This document shows, one piece after another, positions 48,793 to 56,922 of a stretch of 64,000 bases of DNA. The stretch is from Ignavibacteriales bacterium (GTDB lineage: Bacteria > Bacteroidota > Ignavibacteria > UBA10030 > UBA6906), in contig JBBIRR010000010.1 in the NCBI GenBank assembly GCA_037441705.1, positions 19,597 to 83,596 on the forward strand. Reading direction: 5' to 3'. The position numbers were made by a program, and so were the translations under genes. The notes beneath the pieces were generated by a model. The model was not told where the DNA came from. It did no database searches and saw only the letters and a program-made list of their open reading frames with translations. How positions within the stretch are numbered: the first letter of the stretch is position 1; the number at the start of each line of letters is the position of its first letter.

Positions 48793-49653
48793 CTACCGTA
48801 GCGCTCTGCCGTAGGCCATCGCTTCCAGTCGTGCGATGCGTTCCTGCATCGGCGGGTGCGTGCTGAACAGGTTCATCAGTCCGCCGCCCGTAAGCGGGTT
48901 GACGATGAACATGTGCGCTGTTGCCGGTGTTGCCTGCATCGGGATTTCCTGCGCGCCTTTGTGCAGTCTGCGCAGAGCGTTGGCGAGCGAAATGGGATCG
49001 CCGGCCATGGTTGCGCCGCCTTCATCGGCAAGGAATTCGCGCGAGCGGGAAATGGCCATCTGGATGAGCATCGCGGCGATGGGGGCGATGATGATCATCA
49101 GCAGCCCGGCAATAGGATGCCCGCCTTCATCGTCGCTGGAATGACGCCCGCCGCCGAAGATGAGCGCCCACTGGGCCATGTTCGCAATCATGCTGATGGC
49201 TCCGGCCATCGTTGCGGCAACCGAACCGATGAGAATGTCGCGATGCTTTACGTGTGCCAGCTCGTGGGCAATCACGCCGCGCAATTCTGCTCGGGGCAGC
49301 AGTCGCATGATACCTTCCGTTACCGCCACTGCCGCATGCGCCGGATCGCGGCCCGTTGCAAAGGCGTTCGGTTGATCGCCGGGAATCAAGTAGAGTTTGG
49401 GCATGGGAATGCCGCCGCGACGGGAAAGATCTTCCGTCATCTGAAACAACTCCGGCGCTTCGCTGCGCGTCAGTTCCCGCGCGTTGTACATGCGCAGTAC
49501 AATCTTGTCGCTGAACCAGTAGGAGCCGAAGTTCATCGCCGCGGCAACCACGAAGCCGATGATCATCCCTCCCTGTCCGCCCAAGAGATTGCCGATGAGC
49601 ACCAACAACACGGTCAGCAGCGTCATCAAAAGGACGGTTCGAATATTGTTCAT
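48793..49653 (-). CDS. htpX: Zinc metalloprotease HtpX
   Basis: [40 protein letters not shown]. Confidence 0.95.
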   Translation of the reverse strand: MNNIRTVLLMTLLTVLLVLIGNLLGGQGGMIIGFVVAAAMNFGSYWFSDKIVLRMYNARELTRSEAPELFQMTEDLSRRGGIPMPKLYLIPGDQPNAFATGRDPAHAAVAVTEGIMRLLPRAELRGVIAHELAHVKHRDILIGSVAATMAGAISMIANMAQWALIFGGGRHSSDDEGGHPIAGLLMIIIAPIAAMLIQMAISRSREFLADEGGATMAGDPISLANALRRLHKGAQEIPMQATPATAHMFIVNPLTGGGLMNLFSTHPPMQERIARLEAMAYGRALR

Positions 49654-49780
49654 AGGTTTGGTAACTCCTGTTGTATCTGTGTTTTGGTGAATCGTGTTGA
49701 GCCTGCAATGGCATTAACATCGTCCGCACCCTGTTTGTTCCGCCGGGCGCAGCGAAACAGAAGACGTCGGCAGCGCATCC

Positions 49781-50743
49781 TTAGAAGCTCAGGGTGAGCT
49801 TCACTCCTTTTCGGAGAGGGGAGACCTCAGGGGCGACCGAGAGTTTGGGCGCGTTCTGTGTGGTGGATTTCACCACATCCAGCCCTTCCGGATGCGCAGC
49901 GATCATGCCGAACTGGTATCCGAGTGCGATGCCGAGCGGGTAGTCGCTCCACCAGTGAATGCCGGTGTTGGATAGGCCAACCCCAATGCCGGCGATAATA
50001 AAGTAGGCAAGCGGTTTGAGCCACGGCTTCCACTCGGGGTAGTTCTCCATCACCACCACCAGGGTTGCCGTCGCAGTAGCAATGTGCCCCGAGGGAAACG
50101 CGTCATAGTGCGGGACGTGCTTGTGGTACTCCACCTGATCGGGAAAGAACACCCAGCGTCCGTTGGTGCGCGTGGAGACGAACGGACTTTCGCGCCCCGT
50201 GATGTGTTTGAGGACTTGAATGACGGTACCGCACGCGAGAATCGTTTCGACGAGCTGGCTTGCCGTGCGGAGGGCACGATCGTCATCCTTCCAGAACCCA
50301 TACAACCCGAACGCCGCCGCAAGGCCGAATTGCGGCTTACCGTCGCCGATGTACACAAACACGTCGCTGATGTCCTTGACCGTTCGCGAACTCTTGTACC
50401 AGCGATCGGAGAGTTCCCACACGGGCTGGTCCGTTGCAATGGCAACAGCAGTCAACGCGGTCATGGCGAGCATCGCGGGGATTCTTTCCTCGCGGAAGTT
50501 GAAGTTGGCAAACGTTACCCAATCGCCGGGGATGCGCTCGAACATGGTGTACCACCGTAACGGCTGCGTCCGCGGCTCGTTGAACGTCAACTGCAGCGAG
50601 TCGAGTGTTTGTGTCGTCGAGCTGGAGTCGGTCTTCGCGTGTGCCTTGCCCTCGGGTTCAGAGGCATAAGCCTGAACCGAAGAGGCAGCGGCGATGACAA
50701 CCAGAATTGCTCCAACAAAACTCTGCATAGATCTCCCAATCAC
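49781..50743 (-). CDS. PAP2-family phosphatase-like protein
   Basis: K...GRE.P, FPSGH, HWWSD; signal peptide; C-terminal Phe. Confidence 0.85.
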   Translation of the reverse strand: MIGRSMQSFVGAILVVIAAASSVQAYASEPEGKAHAKTDSSSTTQTLDSLQLTFNEPRTQPLRWYTMFERIPGDWVTFANFNFREERIPAMLAMTALTAVAIATDQPVWELSDRWYKSSRTVKDISDVFVYIGDGKPQFGLAAAFGLYGFWKDDDRALRTASQLVETILACGTVIQVLKHITGRESPFVSTRTNGRWVFFPDQVEYHKHVPHYDAFPSGHIATATATLVVVMENYPEWKPWLKPLAYFIIAGIGVGLSNTGIHWWSDYPLGIALGYQFGMIAAHPEGLDVVKSTTQNAPKLSVAPEVSPLRKGVKLTLSF

Positions 50744-50752
50744 CGATAGAAC

Positions 50753-51709
50753 TTAGAATGTCAATGAAACTACTACGCCAGCACCGCTTTCGCCCACCGA
50801 CGGTGAGAGAGAAAGTTTTGGGCTTGAAGCTCCTGCGCGTTCGCCGGTCGTCGCGATCTCACCATCGGTCTCCGGATGCGCGGCAATGCGACCGAACTGA
50901 TAGCCGAGCACAATCGCCAGCGGGAAATCGCTGTACCAATGCCATCCGCGGCTGACGAGAGAAACCGTAACCAATCCGACCGCTGCGTACCCAACCGGGC
51001 GAAGCCATCGTATCTCCGGATAGTTTTCAATCAGGACGGTCACCATTGCCATCGCGCCCGCGGTATGGCCCGAGGGGAATGCGTCGAACTTTGGGATAGA
51101 GCGATGATACTCTTTTTGATTTGGAAAGAAGCGCCATGCGCCGCGCGGGCGCGACTGCCGTTCGGGCCGTTCCCGCCCCGTCAGATGCTTCAACGCTTGC
51201 ACCGCGATGCCGCAGGCAAGATAGCTCTCAACCATCTGGCTTGCCGTCCGCACGGCACGCGCATCGTCAAGCGTCCATCCGGCAAGGGCGAAGGCTCCCG
51301 CCACTGCAAGCACGGTCCGGCCGTTGCCGATTTCTGCGAACGAATGCATCACGTCGCGCGACGTCTGCGTTCGGTTGCACATATCCTCCGTCGAGTGCCA
51401 GGACTGCTGATCGGCAACGATCAACGCGGCAGTTACTCCGGCAAGTCCTACCAGAGCCGGAATGCGCGACCAGCGGAAATTCTCGCCGCCAAAGCGCGCC
51501 CAGTCGCCGGGCACGCGAGTGAACATCTCATACCACGCCGGAACGTAGTCTGTTGCGATGGCACCAGCCTCAACGCCACTGAACGCTGTACCTGTGCTAT
51601 CGGCGGGTTGGGCGGTCGGCGAGGCCGCCGGGGCAGGTCCGTCCGTTTGCGACCGAGAGCCTGGCACAGCAAACAGGAACAGAGAAACCAGCGTCAGTCC
51701 CCGGATCAT
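50753..51709 (-). CDS. PAP2-family phosphatase-like protein (tandem paralog)
   Basis: K..TGRERP, FPSGH, HWYSD; signal peptide; C-terminal Phe. Confidence 0.85.
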   Translation of the reverse strand: MIRGLTLVSLFLFAVPGSRSQTDGPAPAASPTAQPADSTGTAFSGVEAGAIATDYVPAWYEMFTRVPGDWARFGGENFRWSRIPALVGLAGVTAALIVADQQSWHSTEDMCNRTQTSRDVMHSFAEIGNGRTVLAVAGAFALAGWTLDDARAVRTASQMVESYLACGIAVQALKHLTGRERPERQSRPRGAWRFFPNQKEYHRSIPKFDAFPSGHTAGAMAMVTVLIENYPEIRWLRPVGYAAVGLVTVSLVSRGWHWYSDFPLAIVLGYQFGRIAAHPETDGEIATTGERAGASSPKLSLSPSVGESGAGVVVSLTF

Positions 51710-51822
51710 GCTGATGGTGGGAGGGTGAAAGATGTTCGTGCCTTCGAAATTTGTGCGTTGAATGTCGGTGCAGCAAGAACTCGTGCCGCCTAATCTAAAG
51801 TTCTTGTAGAGGAAATGCAATT

Positions 51823-52644
51823 TCAATCCGCCCGTGGAGGCGACCACCCCGGGCGCTTCCACTCGATCAGCTCGATATTGATGCTTCCCAGAATGACTTT
51901 CATTTTTGCTTTGATAGGGACGGCAGCAGCATCATCCGAGAACCAGCCGATGAAATCGCCCGTCAGTCCGAAAATCCCCTCGAAGTCTGCCTTGCCTTCC
52001 AGCTGCAACACGCGGATGGGATAGGGAACGGCATCGATCGTTTCAACCGTCCGCTCGGCAGGCAGGTAGAATTCCGTCCGCCCCGCCTTGCCGCGCACCA
52101 TTGTGGGGACGGCGATCGCGCGGCCGCTGTGGATATGCGTGCGCGCGAAATAGAAAATGGAAGTACCGTCCTGAAACCGGTCGTAGGAAAGTCGCAGCGT
52201 GTCGTACGTCGCCTTCGGTTCGGGCAGATGATGCAGCGCGTTGACGTATGCGTTCTCCGTGATGAACAGGCGCGTCGAAGGAGAGAAATGATACACCTGG
52301 CGGAACCATCGGTCCCCGTTCTTCTCGAACAACGAGGACCCTTTCGAGAAGAGTGTCGAGTCCATCTCCGCGGTCGAGTACGCGTGGAAATCCACGAACG
52401 GAAGATCATACGAATCGGAGTAGGCCACGGAACGATAGGCAACACCCGGGGAGGTTGCCGGCAGCGTCACAACACGTATACGTCCCAGTTTGAAGAACGT
52501 CCAGCTCACTTCATACACCAATTCTTCACCCGGAACCATAACTGTGGAGACCGAGGCCACCACAGCGGAGTCCCCGACCGAATCTCCACCGGCCAGGCAC
52601 AGCATTGCCCACGCGGCGAACAGAACGGCAGATAAGCACTTCAT
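51823..52644 (-). CDS. DUF3108-like exported protein
   Basis: GEEL.Y.V.W..F.LG, D..S..Y..R, WFSDD....P.K......G.I..EL. Confidence 0.75.
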   Translation of the reverse strand: MKCLSAVLFAAWAMLCLAGGDSVGDSAVVASVSTVMVPGEELVYEVSWTFFKLGRIRVVTLPATSPGVAYRSVAYSDSYDLPFVDFHAYSTAEMDSTLFSKGSSLFEKNGDRWFRQVYHFSPSTRLFITENAYVNALHHLPEPKATYDTLRLSYDRFQDGTSIFYFARTHIHSGRAIAVPTMVRGKAGRTEFYLPAERTVETIDAVPYPIRVLQLEGKADFEGIFGLTGDFIGWFSDDAAAVPIKAKMKVILGSINIELIEWKRPGWSPPRAD

Positions 52645-52711
52645 AGGAATCAAACGGGCAGATGAACGCCATTTAAGATAAGGAATTTCGGGAAAGGAGG
52701 TGCAGCGACGC

Positions 52712-52782
52712 AAAACACAGGGGCGAGAACCCCTCTGCCTGCGAGGTGACAACCAGCAGTACAGGCAGAACGATCTCGCCCC
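52712..52782 (-). terminator. Long nested hairpin/terminator after the octaheme gene
   Basis: GGGGCGAGA/TCTCGCCCC outer stem, TCTGCCTG/CAGGCAGA inner stem; TGTGTTTT tail on the minus strand. Confidence 0.65.
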
Positions 52783-52805
52783 GAAGCACGAAGCGGTGCA
52801 GGGAT

Positions 52806-54218
52806 TTATCGAACAAGGCACATCTTGCGCGCCTGAGTGAACCGTGATGTCGAAATCTTGTACAGATACACGCCGCTGGGAAGATCCCCTGCATCCACAA
52901 CGACGGTGTGTACGCCGGCGGTCTTGCGTTCGTTTACCAAAAGAGATTTCACTTCGGCACCAAGAACATTGTAAACCTTCAGCGTCACAATGTCCGGTTG
53001 AGGAAGATGAAACTCGATGGTTGTGGTGGGATTGAAAGGATTCGGATAGTTTTGCCGCAGGCTGTAGGTCGAAGCGGGGCCGGAAGATTCCGAAACTCCC
53101 GTCGTCAGCGTCGTGTCGAATCCGAGCTTCTTCATTTGCACTTTCGTCAGCGGCGTGGCAAAGAACATCTGATGTCCGTCCCACGTATTCTTGCCGATGT
53201 ATTGCCACTTCTTGGAAGGCAGCACCGTGTCATTCGGATCGCCGGTGTAAGTGATGAAATCCATTCGGAACGATCGGCGATAATCGGCGGGCATCGGAAC
53301 AACGCCGCGAAGCCAGCTTAACGTGCTGTCATTCGAATTCCAACTGGCAAACTGGATCTGTCCCGTTTGATTGTATTGCTGAATCGCCGGAATGTTTCCA
53401 CCGAAGTTCAGGTGGCATTCGGTGCATGTTCTGCCCGTATCGCGAATGGTGTGTGATGTGAACGGCGCGAATGCAACGAATGCGTTCCCCTGGTAGGTCA
53501 CCGACTGGAAGCTCATCGGATAGATCTTTCCATCCTTCGTGCGATTGGCAAGAAGCACAAAGCCGGTAATGGGCTGCTTCGCGCGCTTCTTATGGGCAAT
53601 CACCTGGCTTTCGAAATGACAGTTGTAGCAGCTCAGCACCGTGCGGGCATGGCAGGATGTACAGTGGATCTTGTTGTTGTGAGAGGGTGGGTCCCAGTTG
53701 GTGTGATCCGGCAATGTTCCTCCGGCCGTGGTATGGCAGTTCGTGCATTCGGCCTGCATCGCGCCGGGCTCGAGCATCGAGTTGTGAACCGTGGCAGTTC
53801 CGTGCATGTCATTCGAACGGTGACAGCTCCAGCACTTCATACCCGCCGAGCGATGCACGTCGGGAATGTTGAGCTGATTTGCTTCCGTTGCCTGCCGTCC
53901 GTGACATCCGTAGCACTGGCTTACCTTGATGGAATCTCGGTTGTAGCCCGAGTTCGTCGGATGGCAGTCCACGCAGCCGGGCGTGTAGTTCGTGGGATAG
54001 GGTTGACCGTCGGCGTTGGTCGGGCCATGGCACTCGACGCACCCGAGCTGAGAGATCGGCACATTGGTGAGCGCTTCAAAACCCCCGTTGGCAGCGTTGT
54101 ACCACCAGGGCTTTCCTGCGCGCGTCTTGTGCAAACTCGTGTTGAAATTCGCCTGTGCGAGCGCGAAACACGGCAGCAGCAGGACAAGTATGCAAGAGAG
54201 TAGACTCCTTTTCGTCAT
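52806..54218 (-). CDS. Octaheme c-type cytochrome with T9SS C-terminal domain
   Basis: Signal peptide; CVECH, CVDCH, CYGCH, CWSCH, CTNCH, CTSCH, CYNCH, CTECH; QNYPNPFNPTT.I.F..SGVY.Y..RKMCLVR. Confidence 0.93.
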   Translation of the reverse strand: MTKRSLLSCILVLLLPCFALAQANFNTSLHKTRAGKPWWYNAANGGFEALTNVPISQLGCVECHGPTNADGQPYPTNYTPGCVDCHPTNSGYNRDSIKVSQCYGCHGRQATEANQLNIPDVHRSAGMKCWSCHRSNDMHGTATVHNSMLEPGAMQAECTNCHTTAGGTLPDHTNWDPPSHNNKIHCTSCHARTVLSCYNCHFESQVIAHKKRAKQPITGFVLLANRTKDGKIYPMSFQSVTYQGNAFVAFAPFTSHTIRDTGRTCTECHLNFGGNIPAIQQYNQTGQIQFASWNSNDSTLSWLRGVVPMPADYRRSFRMDFITYTGDPNDTVLPSKKWQYIGKNTWDGHQMFFATPLTKVQMKKLGFDTTLTTGVSESSGPASTYSLRQNYPNPFNPTTTIEFHLPQPDIVTLKVYNVLGAEVKSLLVNERKTAGVHTVVVDAGDLPSGVYLYKISTSRFTQARKMCLVR

Positions 54219-54276
54219 TGCTCGCTCCTAATTGTTGTGAAGAGTAGTGGACGTCGTGGCAGTTCCCGACATCTCC

Positions 54277-54295
54277 TTGCCAACTCCGGTGCCAG
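54277..54295 (-). promoter_or_regulatory. Sigma54-like -24/-12 promoter of the octaheme gene
   Basis: Minus strand CTGGCACCGGAGTTGGCAA, about 60 nt upstream of the ATG; same pattern upstream of the second cytochrome. Confidence 0.55.
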
Positions 54296-54489
54296 ATGAC
54301 GGCGTCCCTCGGGCGTTGCAAAAATCTGCTTATTGACGGCAGACGCTTCCTGCTCACACAGGACGAATCGTTCAGAAATGAGAACTGCATGCCGATGCAT
54401 GAGAAATCGTTGAAATATCCTGCGATGAAAATCGCAACACAAGACGCCATTCCTTGTTTGTCTCTTCTCCACTTGTTATGTTGTGGGCG

Positions 54490-56799
54490 ATGAAACCGTC
54501 CCGTGAGATGCCGAACAACCGACACGAGCGCGTGTTCGTTCTCGTCGTGGTCGCCCTTGCGCTGGCGATTCGTCTGCTCTATCATTTCGAGATGCGCGGG
54601 AACGTTCTTGCGGAGCATCTTCAACTCGATGAAAAGTTCCATGACCAATGGGCAGCATCTATCGCGGCAGGCGATTGGGTTGGCAAGGGGGTGTTCTTTC
54701 GTGCACCGCTGTATCCCTACGTGCTTGCCGTGGTGTACGCGCTGTTTCCTCATGGGGTGGAGGCGATGCGAATTCTCCAGCACCTGGCCGGCGCAGCGGC
54801 GGTCGTGCTCATGTATGTTCTGGGCAGGCTGCTCTTCGGCTCCCGGGCAGGGTTGATTGCGGCAATCCTCGGCGCGCTCTACGCCGTGTTGGTGTACTTC
54901 GAAGGACGATTGCTGTTCGATTTTTCGGCGACGGTTCTCGCGCTGCTGTGGCTGACACTTGCACTGCGTGCTTCCAACCATCCTACCGTTTTCAGGTTCG
55001 CAGCGTTGGGATTTTTGTTCGGTTTGATTTGCACGATGCGCCCGACGTTCCTTCCCGTCTCCGTGCCGTTGTTCGGCGTTCTTCTGTTGACCGAGGTAAG
55101 AGAAAAACGCCTCCGTGCCCGCGTCGGAGCTGTACTTGTTGGGTCTTTCCTGCTGCCGATTGCCCTCGTGACCGCACGGAACGCTCTTGTGGGAGGCGAA
55201 GCAGTGGTGATTGCCGCGCAGGGCGGCATCAACTTCTACATCGGCAATAATCCCCATTCGGATGGCATGACGTCCTCGGTTCCCGAGGCGGGAGGCGCGG
55301 CGTGGGAGAATCGCCACGTCGAATTCATTGCGCAGCGCGATCTCGGCCGCGCAGTTTCCCCTTCCGACGTTTCACGCTACTGGTACAACAAGGCATTTGC
55401 TTTCATTGCTGACCGGCCGCTGGCGTTTCTTCTGCTCACCGTCAAGAAAATCTATTTCTTCTGGTCCCGCATCGAAATCAAAAACAATCTTAGTTTCTAC
55501 TCGTTCGAGCATGCGTCGACCGTCCTTTCCCTGCTTCCTGTCGGATTTTGGCTTGTGGGACCCCTCGGCATTGCAGGCATGGTTCTGGCGTGGCGAAGAG
55601 TCCCGCGTTCGCGATCGCTCACCGTGTTCGTGGTCTCGTACATGCTTGTCACGGTTGCGTTCTTCGTCTGCGACCGGTTTCGGCTTCCTGTTGTTCCGCT
55701 CATGTGCGTCTTTTCAGGATTCACGCTTCACTCTCTTGTTGAGATGTGGAGAACACGTGATCGGCGCGGGTTGGTCCGGAGCGGACTGCTCATCGTGGTT
55801 GCGGCGGTGTTCGTCAATACCAATTTTGCTCGACTGCGCCTGGATGTAGATTCCGGAGCGGAGGAAGTCCGGGCGCTTGCAGCGTTGCAGTCGGGCCGGC
55901 TTGCGGAAGCAGCCGAGCTGTTCGGCCGCATTGCAGCGCTGGATCCCGAGAATGCAGGAGCGAGGGTCAATCAAGGTATTGCCTTGTGGGGTATGGGGAG
56001 ATTGGATGAAGCGGCGGCCGCGTTTCGGTCCGGCATCGGCGCCGATCCGTATCCGGCGCTGCTGAATCTCGCCCATCTGTTCTTCAATCTTCATCAGATC
56101 GATTCGGCAAGCGTGTACGCCGGACGCGCCACTGCCGCGCGACCCTATGCGCCGGGCGGCTACATCATCGCCGCAAAGACCCTTCTCGTGCAGCAGAATC
56201 CTGCTCGGGCACGGGAGGTTCTCCTCAAAGGTATTCGGGAATGTGGTGAAGATTTCGTGTACGGCGAGTATCTGCTTGCTGGTTTGTTGCTGAACGAAGG
56301 AAACCTCGTTGCTGCCGATTCCCTCTACCGCAAGGTTCTGATGCGCACGGCGCGCACGGAGCAACCCGACTACATGCTCGAGTCCGAGCGTGCCCGCTTC
56401 GGCGAGGAGCTTGCAACGGTCCACGGCAAAAGTCTGCATGGTGTAGGATTGATCTTCGGTATGCGCGGGCAGCTCGACAGCAGTGAAGTGTACTTTCGCG
56501 CCGCGGCGCGTCGTCTGCCCGCTCGCGCCGACATTCTCGGCGACTGGGGCGTGTGCCTCTTGCGCCTGAACCGGTTGCAGGAGGCGGATTCGGTGATGCA
56601 GCGCGCGTTGCGCTTGAGGCCGGATAACGCCCTGATGTGGTTCAACTACGGAACGGTGCTGGCACACAAGGGAGACCTGCCCCTCGCGCGCAGCGCTGTG
56701 GGCAGAGCGCTCGCGTTGAAGCCGGAATTCCCCGAAGCCCAACGGCTCTTTGCAACCCTCAACGCGCAGCTCTCGCGAACAGCGAGGAGACCGAAGTGA
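54490..56799 (+). CDS. GT39/PMT_2 (ArnT-like) membrane glycosyltransferase with C-terminal TPRs
   Basis: LDE..H..WA..I, F.APLYPY, RP, G.N.YIGNNP, R.R.P..P; many TMs; TPR repeats. Confidence 0.85.
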   Translation: MKPSREMPNNRHERVFVLVVVALALAIRLLYHFEMRGNVLAEHLQLDEKFHDQWAASIAAGDWVGKGVFFRAPLYPYVLAVVYALFPHGVEAMRILQHLAGAAAVVLMYVLGRLLFGSRAGLIAAILGALYAVLVYFEGRLLFDFSATVLALLWLTLALRASNHPTVFRFAALGFLFGLICTMRPTFLPVSVPLFGVLLLTEVREKRLRARVGAVLVGSFLLPIALVTARNALVGGEAVVIAAQGGINFYIGNNPHSDGMTSSVPEAGGAAWENRHVEFIAQRDLGRAVSPSDVSRYWYNKAFAFIADRPLAFLLLTVKKIYFFWSRIEIKNNLSFYSFEHASTVLSLLPVGFWLVGPLGIAGMVLAWRRVPRSRSLTVFVVSYMLVTVAFFVCDRFRLPVVPLMCVFSGFTLHSLVEMWRTRDRRGLVRSGLLIVVAAVFVNTNFARLRLDVDSGAEEVRALAALQSGRLAEAAELFGRIAALDPENAGARVNQGIALWGMGRLDEAAAAFRSGIGADPYPALLNLAHLFFNLHQIDSASVYAGRATAARPYAPGGYIIAAKTLLVQQNPARAREVLLKGIRECGEDFVYGEYLLAGLLLNEGNLVAADSLYRKVLMRTARTEQPDYMLESERARFGEELATVHGKSLHGVGLIFGMRGQLDSSEVYFRAAARRLPARADILGDWGVCLLRLNRLQEADSVMQRALRLRPDNALMWFNYGTVLAHKGDLPLARSAVGRALALKPEFPEAQRLFATLNAQLSRTARRPK

Positions 56800-56823
56800 C
56801 GCAGGCCGGTGGACGGTCCCAGG

Positions 56824-56861
56824 AAAACACAGCGGGCACCCGTTGCGCGAGTGTCCGCTGT
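56824..56861. terminator. Hairpin between convergent GT39 and cytochrome genes
   Basis: ACAGCGGGCAC...GTGTCCGCTGT; GTGTTTT tail on the minus strand. Confidence 0.65.
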
Positions 56862-56922
56862 TGTACCACACTCCGCCGGAGCCGACAACAACTTCCAGCA
56901 GCGGAGTGATTCTCGTTCGTCC

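Noticed and set aside
52645-53208. N-terminal extension of the DUF3108 ORF (51823..53208)
   Set aside because: Overlaps the octaheme gene and its terminator; a signal peptide begins at 52644
54076-56871. Long antisense ORFs (413 aa and 385 aa) and many similar shadow ORFs across the window
   Set aside because: They lie opposite well-supported genes, have no motifs, and are expected at this GC content
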